Made by a program: the position numbers and the translations under genes. 64,000 bases of DNA. It comes from Bdellovibrionales bacterium. Lineage in GTDB: Bacteria; Bdellovibrionota; Bdellovibrionia; Bdellovibrionales; UBA1609. Positions 1 through 10,116 of the stretch are shown in pieces. The stretch lies in the NCBI GenBank assembly GCA_965261545.1, contig CBDHDF010000011.1, positions 704,001-768,000 on the forward strand, written 5' to 3'. Numbering within the stretch: position 1 is the first letter of the stretch; every line of letters begins with the position of its first letter. The notes beneath the pieces were generated by a model that did not search any database, had not been told where the DNA came from, and saw nothing but the letters and a program-made list of their open reading frames with translations.

Positions 1-670
1 GGTTTTCAGTTCCTGGAAGATCCTCTATTTTTTGAATTCTTTGAGGGATATTGATGGGAAACCACTGTTGAGAAGGTCCCGAGTGGGTTGTGGAGTTAGA
101 AAGTGCGTCATTCCCTCGTCCTGACAGCATAGACTTTGAGGCCACCACTTTGAGACTCTCAATGGCTCGAATAAAGTCTGTGCTGTATTGGGTATAGTAT
201 TTTTTATGGGCACTCATGGTCACAACAATGGCAAGTTGCTTCTTGGTCGTTGCCAAATAGCGAGTGTAAAAGCCGGAAACTTCACTACCTAAATGCATTC
301 CATCCACCCAGTCATGTTCCGCAATGACCTTCTTTCGAACATGTAAAACCTGAGAGTGTTGAGAGGTGCCATTGGGAGATGTGATAACCTTAGGGGCGGA
401 TAAATAGGACTTGTAGGACTGAAGGTTATCCGTGGGCCCCATCTCTTTGGCAGTTAAGACAATAATGGCTTGAACTGATTTTTCTTTAAATTCACTTCGG
501 CATGTCCACTCGGTGCCTTCAAGTTGACACTTCCAATGATTTGGTAGTTCAAAGCTCAAGTAGGCGTTGCTAAAAAGCTTTGCATTCACGGCCCAAGGAG
601 CCACGAAAACAATGGAGAAGCAGAGCGAGCGCAAGACGATAAAAAGTAAGTTCAGGAGATTTTTTACCAT
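1..670 (-). CDS. Exported hypothetical protein, 3' end runs off the window
   Basis: Not in the ORF track because there is no stop in the window. Open frame from ATG 670: MVKNLLNLLFIVLRSLCFSIVFVAPWAVNA (signal-like) KLFSNAYLSFELPNHWKCQLEGTEWTC...HDWVDGMHLGSEV...YTRYLAT. From memory it resembles a conserved Bdellovibrionota protein; not verified. Confidence 0.75.
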   Translation of the reverse strand, partial: MVKNLLNLLFIVLRSLCFSIVFVAPWAVNAKLFSNAYLSFELPNHWKCQLEGTEWTCRSEFKEKSVQAIIVLTAKEMGPTDNLQSYKSYLSAPKVITSPNGTSQHSQVLHVRKKVIAEHDWVDGMHLGSEVSGFYTRYLATTKKQLAIVVTMSAHKKYYTQYSTDFIRAIESLKVVASKSMLSGRGNDALSNSTTHSGPSQQWFPINIPQRIQKIEDLPGTEN

Positions 671-747
671 AGGCCATAAAGTACTATACATGCTAGACTA
701 TATTAAAGTAATAAATCACTTCAGTAAAGGCTATTTCAGAAATTCCC

Positions 748-2732
748 GCCGAGCTTGAAAAAACATCGAATTGGGTCAAAAATAACGACACCAAGACGCA
801 TCACATTAAAACACCTTCGTGGTGCCCGGGTTATGGTCCTCCACCTGGCTGGCTCATTATTCCGACACCGAGTTCCCACTTTTCTCTTTTTGAGTCAAAA
901 ATGTGCGTTGAGGAGACTCCCTCACTCAATAAGACACCGGTTGTTACGCCTTCTAAAACAGATCAGCCGAGCTACCCCTCTGTTGATCCTCTCAGTAAGA
1001 TTGATCTCCCGAGTTTGACAGCAGCATCTGCGTCAAACGAATGATATTAAAGGATTAACGCATATAGTTGTATTTTGTTTATCCACACTTGTGGGCATTA
1101 AGGATTCTGGGAGGGATGGGGACGCCTGCGGCTTTAAATAAGGAGTTGGCATTGCCAGTGATATCTGTGCGGGTCCAAATGACTTGATCACGAATTTTAA
1201 CAGGGATAGCCCTAACTTCCTTGAGTTCCCTCATGGCCTCTACAACAGTTAAAGGTCGCTCTTTAACATGACCAATGCCTATGGCTGGGCTTTTTAGGTT
1301 CATCTTCTTATCTCTTAAACATTTTGTAAGGTGGGCCTCACAAAGATAAGTTAAAAAGCATAGAGTTAAATGTCCAATAATCCTCTGGTCTGTCCAATGG
1401 AAAACAGGACGTGTTTTCAAAGTCCCTTTTAACTCACCAAAAGCATCTTCAATTTTCCACAATTCTTTGTAGTTGATAATAATCTCATCTGCCGTCAAGT
1501 CTTTGACATTTGTAAGGACGGCAAAAAAACCATCAATTTTTTCATCTAATTCTATTTGTTCTGCATTTAATTCAGGTTTTTTATTTTTGTCGTCAGCCAT
1601 CTTTACATATTTCTTATAACCTTTATTGGAAACAAAAGTACTAGACTGAACACCTTTAGAAGATAGTTTTCCTTCGATCTTTTCAAGAAGGGATTCTCTA
1701 GATTTTTTATCCCTCTCTGCTCTTTTCCTAGACCAAGTCACAATACATCTATGCCCCCCATGGTCTGTTTCGTAAACAGCAAGCTCATTCTCATATACCC
1801 AGCTAAAACGATTTAAATCATAGACCTCTTGTTTCTTTTCTTTTTTTAAAGATCCAAGCTTCATACCAACAATAAACTCGCTTTGATCCTCACTGAGTTT
1901 GTCAGTATTAGCCTTTGATAAAAGCCCCCTATCAGCCACAAAAATGAAACGGCGTACATTAAACTTTTTTCTCATTTTATCAACAATATCTGAAAGCGTC
2001 TTGCCTTCAAAAGTATTACCAGGGAAAACCTCAAAACCTAAAGGGATGCCATCCCGATTCACCAACAAACCAAAGACAACTTGGGTGCAGTCTGATCGTC
2101 TCTCTTTACTATAGCGAAATTGACGAAGTTTCCCTAAGTCTGTTCTTGTACTCTCGAAGCGTAAGGTTGTTAAATCATACAACACAATGTCTACTTGGAA
2201 ATTAAATAAATCTCGCCCCACCCAATAAAGCGAGTTCTCTATTTCATCCTTATGGGAGGCAAGTAAGTCCATAGACCGATAAATATGCTGGAGACTCAAA
2301 TCACCCTTAATCATGTCTGGGTAAAAAGATTTTTGCCAATACTCAAAAACCTTTAACTTGGAACTAGGAGCAATAAATCGGCTGGCAACTAAGGTAAAAA
2401 TCACCTTACATAAATCAAATTGAACTTTCTCATGAGAATCTTTTATGTCTTTGAGGGTCTTATTGATACCCAGTTGATCAAACAACTTTTGTAAAATCAG
2501 CAAGGGACCCAAAATGAAAGTCTCTTCGATGTAAAGCTCCTTAGCCAATTGACTCACAGTGAGAAGCTCTCGGTGGCGGGATACGGCCTGCGCCAAACTA
2601 TTAATCTTATCCTCTCCTCCTTCTCCAGCCTTACCTAAGGACATGAGCATGCGTTTTTTGGATTTGCCTTTTTCTCTGTAGGACTCCACAAGGTGGTAGT
2701 AGCACTGACCTTTTGAGTTTTTAGTCGTTTGG
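748..2732 (-). mobile_element. IS1634-family element, 5' end removed by an IS21 left end
   Basis: Contains the transposase below. The right end near 748 (ccgagcttga) is approximate. An IS21 end begins at about 2733. Confidence 0.7.
1079..2732 (-). pseudogene. IS1634-family DDE transposase lacking its native first codons
   Basis: Motifs YYHLVESYRE, LYDLTTLRFE, FVADRG, YKELWKIEDAFGELK and RPVFHW. The ORF-track start MPSPPG lies within the IS21 end. Confidence 0.85.
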
Positions 2733-3633
2733 CCCGGAGGGGAGGGCAAACCAGGCCATTTAAAATTTAATATCTGACAAGGCGTATTGTAAAATACCTT
2801 CTAGAAAACAACCTGGGAGGGAAGGATGAACGTCTTGAATAAACAAAAACAAGAAGAGATATTAACATTAATTATAGCAGGTCACTCATTTCGTAAAATA
2901 GCGAAAAGGCTACATGTAGGTCGATCTACGGTTTCAGAGTATGCGAAAGCCCATAGGGTCATTGCCAAAAAGGGGCGTACAGGAGGTATAGAGCCAAAAT
3001 CTCCAGCCTTTTCGGTGTGCTCAGAAGCAGAGTCATGTTCATCTTCATGTTCTCCTGAAATTTGCTCTGCGGAGCCTCCAAGCCTTCCTGTGGCCCAGTT
3101 CGAAAAGCCCAAGGAAGTTTCGGTCTCCTCCACAGAATTCAATCAGCAGGTTCTTCTAGGGGAAGCCACCCCCCCCCCCCTTAGAAACGCCTCCATCTTC
3201 CCCTATAGGATCAGGCTCAGCATGTCTTGTCGTGTCTGATGGGGCTTCCATGCACTCCTCCGCCTGCCTCACGCGCCCATCCACAACCATGGTGGAACCG
3301 ATGGCTGCTCCCACAGAAACTGGATCCACGGACTGTATAGAACCACCTGGATTGAAAAAATCTCTTAAAGATAAAACCTCTCAACGCCCCTTATGTCATC
3401 AGTCGGCTTGTGAGCCCCACAGGGCTTGGATTGAAAATCAGGCTTTGAACTTAGAGCGCAATCGAATGGCCATCTACCAAGATTTAGTGGAGAAATTTGG
3501 TTTTTCTCACTCCTACGACAGCGTGAAAAAATTTGTAAGGAAGCTGAAGAAGAGTACTCCCAAACGCTATGATCGCTTGGATTTTCCCCCCGGAGAGGAA
3601 GCCCAAGTGGATTATGGCCAAGGGGCTCTGACT
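2733..3633 (+). pseudogene. istA: IS21-family (type B) left end plus frameshifted, truncated istA
   Basis: End repeat gggcaaaccaggccattt matches 6760-6830. HTH N-terminus from 2826, a frame change across the C-run region (about 3169-3180), then SACEPHRAWIE...PGEEAQVDYG, cut at 3633 by IS4. Confidence 0.85.
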
Positions 3634-5035
3634 CAATGCCGTTTCCTTAAGAAAAATCTCTTGAAATTATTAGATAAATCGACAAGAATAAGACTTGTTT
3701 TATTTTACACCCAACCCTCAACCAAGGAGTAAGTCACATGCAATCCAATATTGATCTCGAAAGCCCCCAAATGACGAGTTCGCGTCACAGATGACCATTT
3801 TATTCTACCAAAACTTGATTCTTCCTTCAAGTCAGAGCACCTTGTCGATCCAGAAAAACAAAAAAGGAATCGAAAATTTAATCCTCAAATTTTCTTTTTT
3901 ACCATTATCTATCTTATTTCCGGAACAAATTACGAAGGCTACCAAATCGCTCTTAAGACGGTATGGACTCATTTTGGTGACCTGCTTCTCATGCCAGTCA
4001 AAAGCAGTCTCAGCAAGATACGTCAAAGTATTTCTTACCTATTTTTCAAAGATATCTTTGAATCTTTGATTACAGACTACGAACCATTGAGAAAAACGTT
4101 TCATGGTTTTTATATCTATGCCATAGATGGCGACCAATTAGCACTTCCTCGCTCTAAAGATCTTTTAAAGGAGGGTTATTGTGGGTACCCTTGCCCAAAT
4201 GAGATGGAAACTCATTTCTTACGTATGTATCTATCTCATGCTTATGACGTTTTATCGGGTGTGACAAAGAATCTTTGCTATTCTCCCGCTCTGAACGAAA
4301 TCGCCAATGCTATTCAAATGATAGGTAGTTTTGAGAGTAATAGCATAACTCTCTACGATAGGCTTTATTTATCTACAGAGATTATTAAGGCCCATGCTCA
4401 AGCCAGTAACTTCTTTATTGCGCGTTGTAAGCGAGGCTCTACTTTTATCCCCATTGTAAATTTATTTAATGGCCCAGGTTGGTATTCACGAATGGTTATT
4501 GAGGGGGTGGTCATTCATCTCTATAAGTATAAAAACCCAAAGACTGGGGAGTTCTCTGTTTTGGCCACTAATCTTCCGCATGGCTCCTTGGACAAGAAGG
4601 ATATGGTTGCTCTTTACTCTCGTCGTTGGGAAATAGAAACGACATTTCGTGATTTTACATCGACAATGAAAATGGAGCAGTGGCACTCAACAAGCCTTAA
4701 TGGAATATTGCAAGAGCTGTATTCTTATTTTTGGCTCTTCAATTATACAAAGATTCAAATGAGCATAAATGAGGATGAAGACAGTGTGAATCAGTTGGTA
4801 AAAAATGACTACAAAAAACCTAACTTTAAACTGATTCTTGATTTCATAATGGATAGCATCCCTCTTTTTGTTGCGGGGCTCTATCAGAAATTTAGGAAGC
4901 AGATAAAGTTGCTGATGAAGATTTCAATGGAGAAGAGGAGGCACTTCAAAAGAAGCTATGAAAGGTCTATCAAAAGGGCTGGGAGTTCTTTTAAAAGAAA
5001 TAGCTTAACGCAGAGGCAGAGGGGTGTGGTGGCTT
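3634..5035 (+). mobile_element. Small IS4-family element copy 1, right IR cut by ISCR oriIS
   Basis: Left IR caatgccgtttccttaag at 3634. The sequence stops at ggtggctt, whereas intact copies end ggtggcttaaggaaacggcattg. Confidence 0.9.
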
Positions 5036-5043
5036 GTGAATAG
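3775..5043 (+). CDS. IS4-family DDE transposase (frame open from 3775; first in-frame ATG 3991)
   Basis: YAIDGD, LYDRLY, YSRRWEIETTFRDF (YREK-like). True start uncertain; see findings. Confidence 0.85.
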   Translation, partial: RVRVTDDHFILPKLDSSFKSEHLVDPEKQKRNRKFNPQIFFFTIIYLISGTNYEGYQIALKTVWTHFGDLLLMPVKSSLSKIRQSISYLFFKDIFESLITDYEPLRKTFHGFYIYAIDGDQLALPRSKDLLKEGYCGYPCPNEMETHFLRMYLSHAYDVLSGVTKNLCYSPALNEIANAIQMIGSFESNSITLYDRLYLSTEIIKAHAQASNFFIARCKRGSTFIPIVNLFNGPGWYSRMVIEGVVIHLYKYKNPKTGEFSVLATNLPHGSLDKKDMVALYSRRWEIETTFRDFTSTMKMEQWHSTSLNGILQELYSYFWLFNYTKIQMSINEDEDSVNQLVKNDYKKPNFKLILDFIMDSIPLFVAGLYQKFRKQIKLLMKISMEKRRHFKRSYERSIKRAGSSFKRNSLTQRQRGVVACE

Positions 5044-6759
5044 GAAGGATAAAAGGTCTTTTTTAGAAATCCGCAAGGCATATCAGTAAAAACTGCAGAG
5101 GCCAGCGAAAGCTCCAATAGGATTTTTGGGCTTAACTGGTGGTTTAGGATGGTGTTGGGCAAAGTTTGAGGAAAATAAGGCCAGAAAAATATGTTGTTTT
5201 ATGGTGTTGAGACGTACCTCTCCATGAACATAGAGGGAGCAGATGATACAGCCCTATGCGTCATTCAGGACAGTCAGAAGTTAAGAAAATGAGTCGAAAC
5301 TCTCACTTTGTGGTGGGCCTCTGGGTGGCCATAGGCTTGGAGGTTGTGAGGTGATGCCGAGATGAGTAAGAATTTTTTCAATGACCTGAGGGTCTTCAAT
5401 GGAAGAAATGACTTTTACTTTTCCACCACACTCATGGCAAGTTTCAACGTCTATGTCAAAAACCCTCCTGAGCCTTTGAGCCCAGGTCATTCCTGAAGAT
5501 TTTTTCTTGTTTGGTCTTGGCTCTGAATCTTCCAAATCTAAGGTTTTTTCCCTTGAGTCTTCACCGATGGAGGCTTCGATTTGGGGTTGCGGGACGATTG
5601 AGGATCGATATTTGAAATTGGGCGCGAAAACTCCGTGGAATCTTGTGAGATTCACTCGTGGTCGAGGGATGAGGGAGGCAAGACGGCTAAGGAAATCAAG
5701 GGGGTCCAGAACGATATGAGTGGTTCCATTGTCATAGGCAGTTTTGAGTTTATAGACGACTTGGCCCCTGGCATTTAATGAAAGCCTTTCTTCACTGAGG
5801 CTGGGTCTTGAAATATACCGGCATACCCTCTCTCGCTTTTTTTTCTCATGGGCTCTACATGCGACTCCTCCATGGAGACTAAAGCCAGAATATTTGGCAA
5901 GAAATTCACTATTAAAACCTTTACCTCTTGGTGATACAGTGTGAAGAGTCAGTGCTTTTTTCCCTTTGTGAGGACCGAGAGCTATTCTATAGGTGACTGA
6001 TGATCCGTGGACTTGGTCCATACTGTCAGAGGCTTCCATAGCCAGATACTCTTGCCCTGTTTCATCCCTTAGGATAAGTCCCTTTTTTTCTAGGTGCTTG
6101 ACCACTCTATGAGCTATGCTCACCAAGATGTGATCCATTTCACTTTGGGTGGGTGGAGTTATGGGGTGAAAATGAGGTTTACCTTCGGGGAATGTGTACA
6201 CTCCATCCAAATACATCATATGGAAATGAATATTGAGATTGATGCTTCCGCCAAATCGTTGAATGAAGGTAACAGAACCCGTCTTGGCTCCTGATTTTTT
6301 GGTGAGGCCAGCTCTTTTGATCAGGTAGGTGGAAATGGCTCGATGAACGATGGCTAAGACCTCTCCCATGACCTTTGGATTTTTGGCAAAGAGGAATCTT
6401 ATTTGAAAAGGAAAGCTAAGGACCCATTGTCGTAGGGGTTTTTGGGGAAAAACTTCATCAACTAAGTGGGCTGCACTTTCAGCCATTCTTCTTGCGCCGC
6501 AGCTTGGACAGAAGCCTCGACGCTTGCAGCTAAAGGCCACAAGCCTTTCATGGTGGCAAGATTCACACTGGGTTCTCAAGAAACCATGGGCAAGAATTCC
6601 ACACTTGAGAAACTCATCGAATTCTTTTTTAACGAACTGGGGAAGGCCATTTTCATGCTCATTTTCTATGTGCCGGTAGAAAGTGAGTAGATTTTCTTGC
6701 ACCAATTTGTAAAGGAGAGTCTTTTCAGGGCGGTGTCGTTGGTATTTGGGAGCGTTGTC
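5036..6759 (-). mobile_element. ISCR/IS91-family rolling-circle element, 5' end replaced by an IS21 right end
   Basis: oriIS-like end on the minus strand (CTTTTATCCTTCCTATTCAC, about 5036-5055) downstream of the transposase. Confidence 0.8.
5281..6759 (-). pseudogene. IS91/ISCR HUH transposase, native start lost
   Basis: Zn motif CESC...SCKRRGFCPSC, HUH motif NIHFH, RYISR tyrosine, C-terminal CHECGG and PPRGPP. The ORF-track start MAWFARP derives from IS21 end repeats. Confidence 0.9.
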
Positions 6760-7653
6760 CCCGATGGGCGGGTTAAACCAGGCCATTTGTGGGCGGGCAA
6801 ACCAGGCCATTTAGGGCGATCTGACAAGATGGGCTCACCCTACCTTTAATTTTTTATCTTGACAAGTCGGTTTGAAGCTTCCTTCAATCGGTAGCTTTTT
6901 CCCTCAAATTTTAATAGTTGGCTGCAGTGGAGAAGGCGATCCAGGATGGCAGAGGCCACGGTATTATCGCCCAAACACTTTCCCCAGTCCTCAATAATGC
7001 GATTGGAGGTAATAAGAGTGCTTTTTCTCGCTGAGTATCGATCCAGAATGATTTCCTGGAAGTCATCGCAAGCCTCTGGCGGAATGCGCTTTCTAAGAAA
7101 AAGATCATCAATGATCAACAGGTCCACATGGATGAGTTGGGTGTAGAACCTCTTTCTGCGCCCCAGCTGCCTGGCCTCAAAGAGATTTTCAAAGAGCTTG
7201 TGAGCTTCTTGATACAAAACCTTGTAATTTGATATGGAACAGACCTTGGTGGCTATAGCTTTTGCAATGTGGCTTTTTCCAGTTCCAGGGGAGCCAATAA
7301 GCAAGGCTCCCTCCCCCTGCTTGATGAACTTCAAGTTCATTAATTCCAAGATCATTGGCTTGGGTATTTTTGGGTTAAAATTCCAATCAAAGCCGGTGAG
7401 GGTGGACTCTTCCGTGAGCTTGGATGCTTTGAGGAGTCTCTCACATTTTTTGCTTTTCTTGAAATCCTTTTCATCCTGTAAGAGCAATGAGAAGGTCTCT
7501 TGGAAGTTTTGTTGGTTCTGTGTGTGTTGGTAACTTCGAGCCTCAAATGTTTCAAACATGCCTATAAGCTTAAGGCTTTTGAGAGTCTCTTGTATTTCTG
7601 TAGGTGACATTGGCATTGTGATTGCTCCTTTCCTCTAGAAGAGGGGTTGGGGG
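6760..7653 (-). mobile_element. IS21-family (type B) right portion with istB
   Basis: Tandem end repeats aaaccaggccattt at 6760-6830. The istA side is cut at 7653 by the DUF4338-IS4. Confidence 0.85.
6846..7616 (-). CDS. istB: IS21 helper AAA+ ATPase
   Basis: Walker A GSPGTGKS, Walker B LLIIDD, TSNR, AILDRLLH, GKSYR. Confidence 0.95.
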   Translation of the reverse strand: MPMSPTEIQETLKSLKLIGMFETFEARSYQHTQNQQNFQETFSLLLQDEKDFKKSKKCERLLKASKLTEESTLTGFDWNFNPKIPKPMILELMNLKFIKQGEGALLIGSPGTGKSHIAKAIATKVCSISNYKVLYQEAHKLFENLFEARQLGRRKRFYTQLIHVDLLIIDDLFLRKRIPPEACDDFQEIILDRYSARKSTLITSNRIIEDWGKCLGDNTVASAILDRLLHCSQLLKFEGKSYRLKEASNRLVKIKN

Positions 7654-7822
7654 CAATGGCATTCGTTTTTGCAGAAGGTTTTTCCACATTTTTCTGACTC
7701 CCTCTAACATACTGAGTTAAGGGGGCTTTTATCTTTTTTCTTTTTCCGAAAAAAAATACTTGAGTCCACCCCATCGTTGTGTCACATTATATTTGAACCA
7801 TTCCCAAAGGGGAGAGACTCAA

Positions 7823-10105
7823 ATGGACCCACGCATAGAGACATTGCCTTCAACAACTTTTTTTGGAAGACGCTTGACGCGCAAGCAAATTGCCGACATT
7901 CAAAAGACGGTGGCGCTATTTCCTTCTTTAAGTCGCCGTGAACTGGGTTATACAGTTTGTGAACATCTTGGTTGGCTAACTCCCAAAGGTGATCATCGCA
8001 TCCAATCGTGCCTTCGTATGCTTGAGATGCTAGAGGAACTTGACATTCTATCCCTGCCAGAAAAAGACATGTCAAAGCGGAGTGTCCCCTCCAAAAAAAT
8101 CACTTGGACACACCGAACAGATGAAAAGCCTCTCATCAACGATAAACTAGACTCATTGACCCCACTTTCTTTGCAAATCGTAACTGATCAAGAGGCCATT
8201 AAGGAATGGAATGAAGTTGTCGATCGGCATCATTATCTCAATTACAGACGTCCCTTTGGTCCCCATTTGCGCTATTTCATCCTAGATAATTGTGGGCGGA
8301 AATTGGGTTGTCTTTTATTTGAAGCTGGCACATCCACTTTGCCTTGCCGTGATGAATGGATCGGTTGGCAAAATCGAGCTTACAAAAAGCACTTGAATTT
8401 AGTGGTGAACAATAGTCGATTTTTGATCTTTCCCTGGGTAAAGGTTCGCCATCTTGCTTCGATGGCTTTATCTATGGCAACTCGCCAACTTCCCACAGAC
8501 TGGGAGTTAAAACATGCTTTCAAACCTGTACTCATGGAGACTTTTGTCGACCTTACCAAATTTAATGCCACGAGCTATCGTGCTGCCAACTGGCTTTATT
8601 TGGGCAAAACAAATGGAAGTCGTGCCTACAAAAATGTAAAGGGAAAAACTCAAAAAGGTGTTTATGTTCAACCTCTGACAAAGAATTATCAGTCTATCTT
8701 ATTGAATGGCCCCCAATGCGCTATCAAGAAACCCGTCGGGAAACCCACCATCAAGCCACATAAGAACTTGGCTGAGCCTATGCTAGAGGACTCTTTTGTG
8801 CATCTTTGGCAAAACATCATCAAGACAGTGGTTATCATTGCAGATGAGTACGACCGAACCTGGCAAAAGCGTCAACGTGTCTTGAATACATTGTTGATTA
8901 TACTTTTCATCTTCCGACTTGTTTTCTCTAAAGGAAAACAAGGTTATGATACAACTTTGATTGAACTTTGGGAGCAGTGTCGCATATTAGACATTGAACT
9001 CCCTCAACCTAAACCAGTTCGGGCATCCACTATGTGTAGTGCACGGGCTAAAGTAGATGAAAATATATTTAAAGTTTTGCATGATGAAATTCTTAAACAA
9101 GACGGTATATCCAATTCTAGTACCTTATGGAAGGGCCATAAGGTTTTCGCAGTGGATGGATCGAAAATAAATTTACCACGTCAACTCGTAGATAATGGGT
9201 ATCAGCAACCATGGGAAAAAGCATGGTACCCTCAAGGTCTTGTCAGTTGCCTGTACCAACTACAGTCGAAGATTCCTGTGGATTTTGATCTCTTTGCCCA
9301 TAACAATGAGAGAAAGGCTGCACAAACTCATTTCAAAAAATTGTTTGAAAACGATGTTGTGGTTTATGATCGTGGCTATTATTCCTACGAAATGCTTCAT
9401 GAGCATAAGGTGCGAAGTCTGCATGCGGTGTTTAGGATAAGGAGAAATGCCAACACTGTTTTTGATGAATTTATTAATAATGATCAAAAAGACTCAGTGA
9501 TCCAAGTCATTCCTAGCAAGCAAATTCTGAAAGAACTACATAAAAAAAAGCCACAAGACGACTTCAAAGCCTACGCTTTGCGTTTGGTCAAATATAAAAT
9601 TGGACAAACTACTTTTGTTCTAGGAACAACCTTAATGGATCAAAAAAAATATTCCATTGATGATCTGGCCAATCTCTATCATGGACGCTGGAGTATAGAG
9701 GAACTGTACAAAATATCCAAAGAACTGATGACCATTGAAGAGTTTCATTCTCAAAGTGAAAGGGGAGTCAAACAAGAATTGTTTGCACACTTCACACTTA
9801 TCACTCTGACAAGATTATTTTCCAACTACACGGAAGACCGTCTTAATACATCTCAATCCCATAGTAAAAAACAAACCATGCAGACAAACTTTAAAAACAA
9901 TTTACTGACAATTGCAAGAAATATTGAAGGTCTTTTTCTTCAACAAAAGGTAGTGCTTAGTAAAACCCTCAATTGCATCATTACAAATATGAAGACCTGC
10001 CGACAAAGGCTACGTCCGAATAGGCATTACGACCGAGTTTCTAGAAAACCCATCGGAGTATGGAGACCCAGTAAAGAGGTTAGGGGGGCTATGGCCAACG
10101 GATAA
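7823..10105 (+). CDS. DUF4338 (DruA-like)-IS4 DDE transposase fusion
   Basis: N-half HHYL, NNSRFLIFPW, HLAS, ETFVD, YRAANW. C-half FAVDGS, VYDRGY, YHGRWSIEELYK. ATG 7823 follows a GGAG motif. Confidence 0.9.
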   Translation: MDPRIETLPSTTFFGRRLTRKQIADIQKTVALFPSLSRRELGYTVCEHLGWLTPKGDHRIQSCLRMLEMLEELDILSLPEKDMSKRSVPSKKITWTHRTDEKPLINDKLDSLTPLSLQIVTDQEAIKEWNEVVDRHHYLNYRRPFGPHLRYFILDNCGRKLGCLLFEAGTSTLPCRDEWIGWQNRAYKKHLNLVVNNSRFLIFPWVKVRHLASMALSMATRQLPTDWELKHAFKPVLMETFVDLTKFNATSYRAANWLYLGKTNGSRAYKNVKGKTQKGVYVQPLTKNYQSILLNGPQCAIKKPVGKPTIKPHKNLAEPMLEDSFVHLWQNIIKTVVIIADEYDRTWQKRQRVLNTLLIILFIFRLVFSKGKQGYDTTLIELWEQCRILDIELPQPKPVRASTMCSARAKVDENIFKVLHDEILKQDGISNSSTLWKGHKVFAVDGSKINLPRQLVDNGYQQPWEKAWYPQGLVSCLYQLQSKIPVDFDLFAHNNERKAAQTHFKKLFENDVVVYDRGYYSYEMLHEHKVRSLHAVFRIRRNANTVFDEFINNDQKDSVIQVIPSKQILKELHKKKPQDDFKAYALRLVKYKIGQTTFVLGTTLMDQKKYSIDDLANLYHGRWSIEELYKISKELMTIEEFHSQSERGVKQELFAHFTLITLTRLFSNYTEDRLNTSQSHSKKQTMQTNFKNNLLTIARNIEGLFLQQKVVLSKTLNCIITNMKTCRQRLRPNRHYDRVSRKPIGVWRPSKEVRGAMANG

Positions 10106-10116
10106 TCACATGGATC

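Noticed and set aside
567..1018. Short ORFs 567-758 and 755-1018, and the many antisense ORFs over transposase and cas genes
   Set aside because: Shadow ORFs overlapping better-supported features, with no recognisable motifs.
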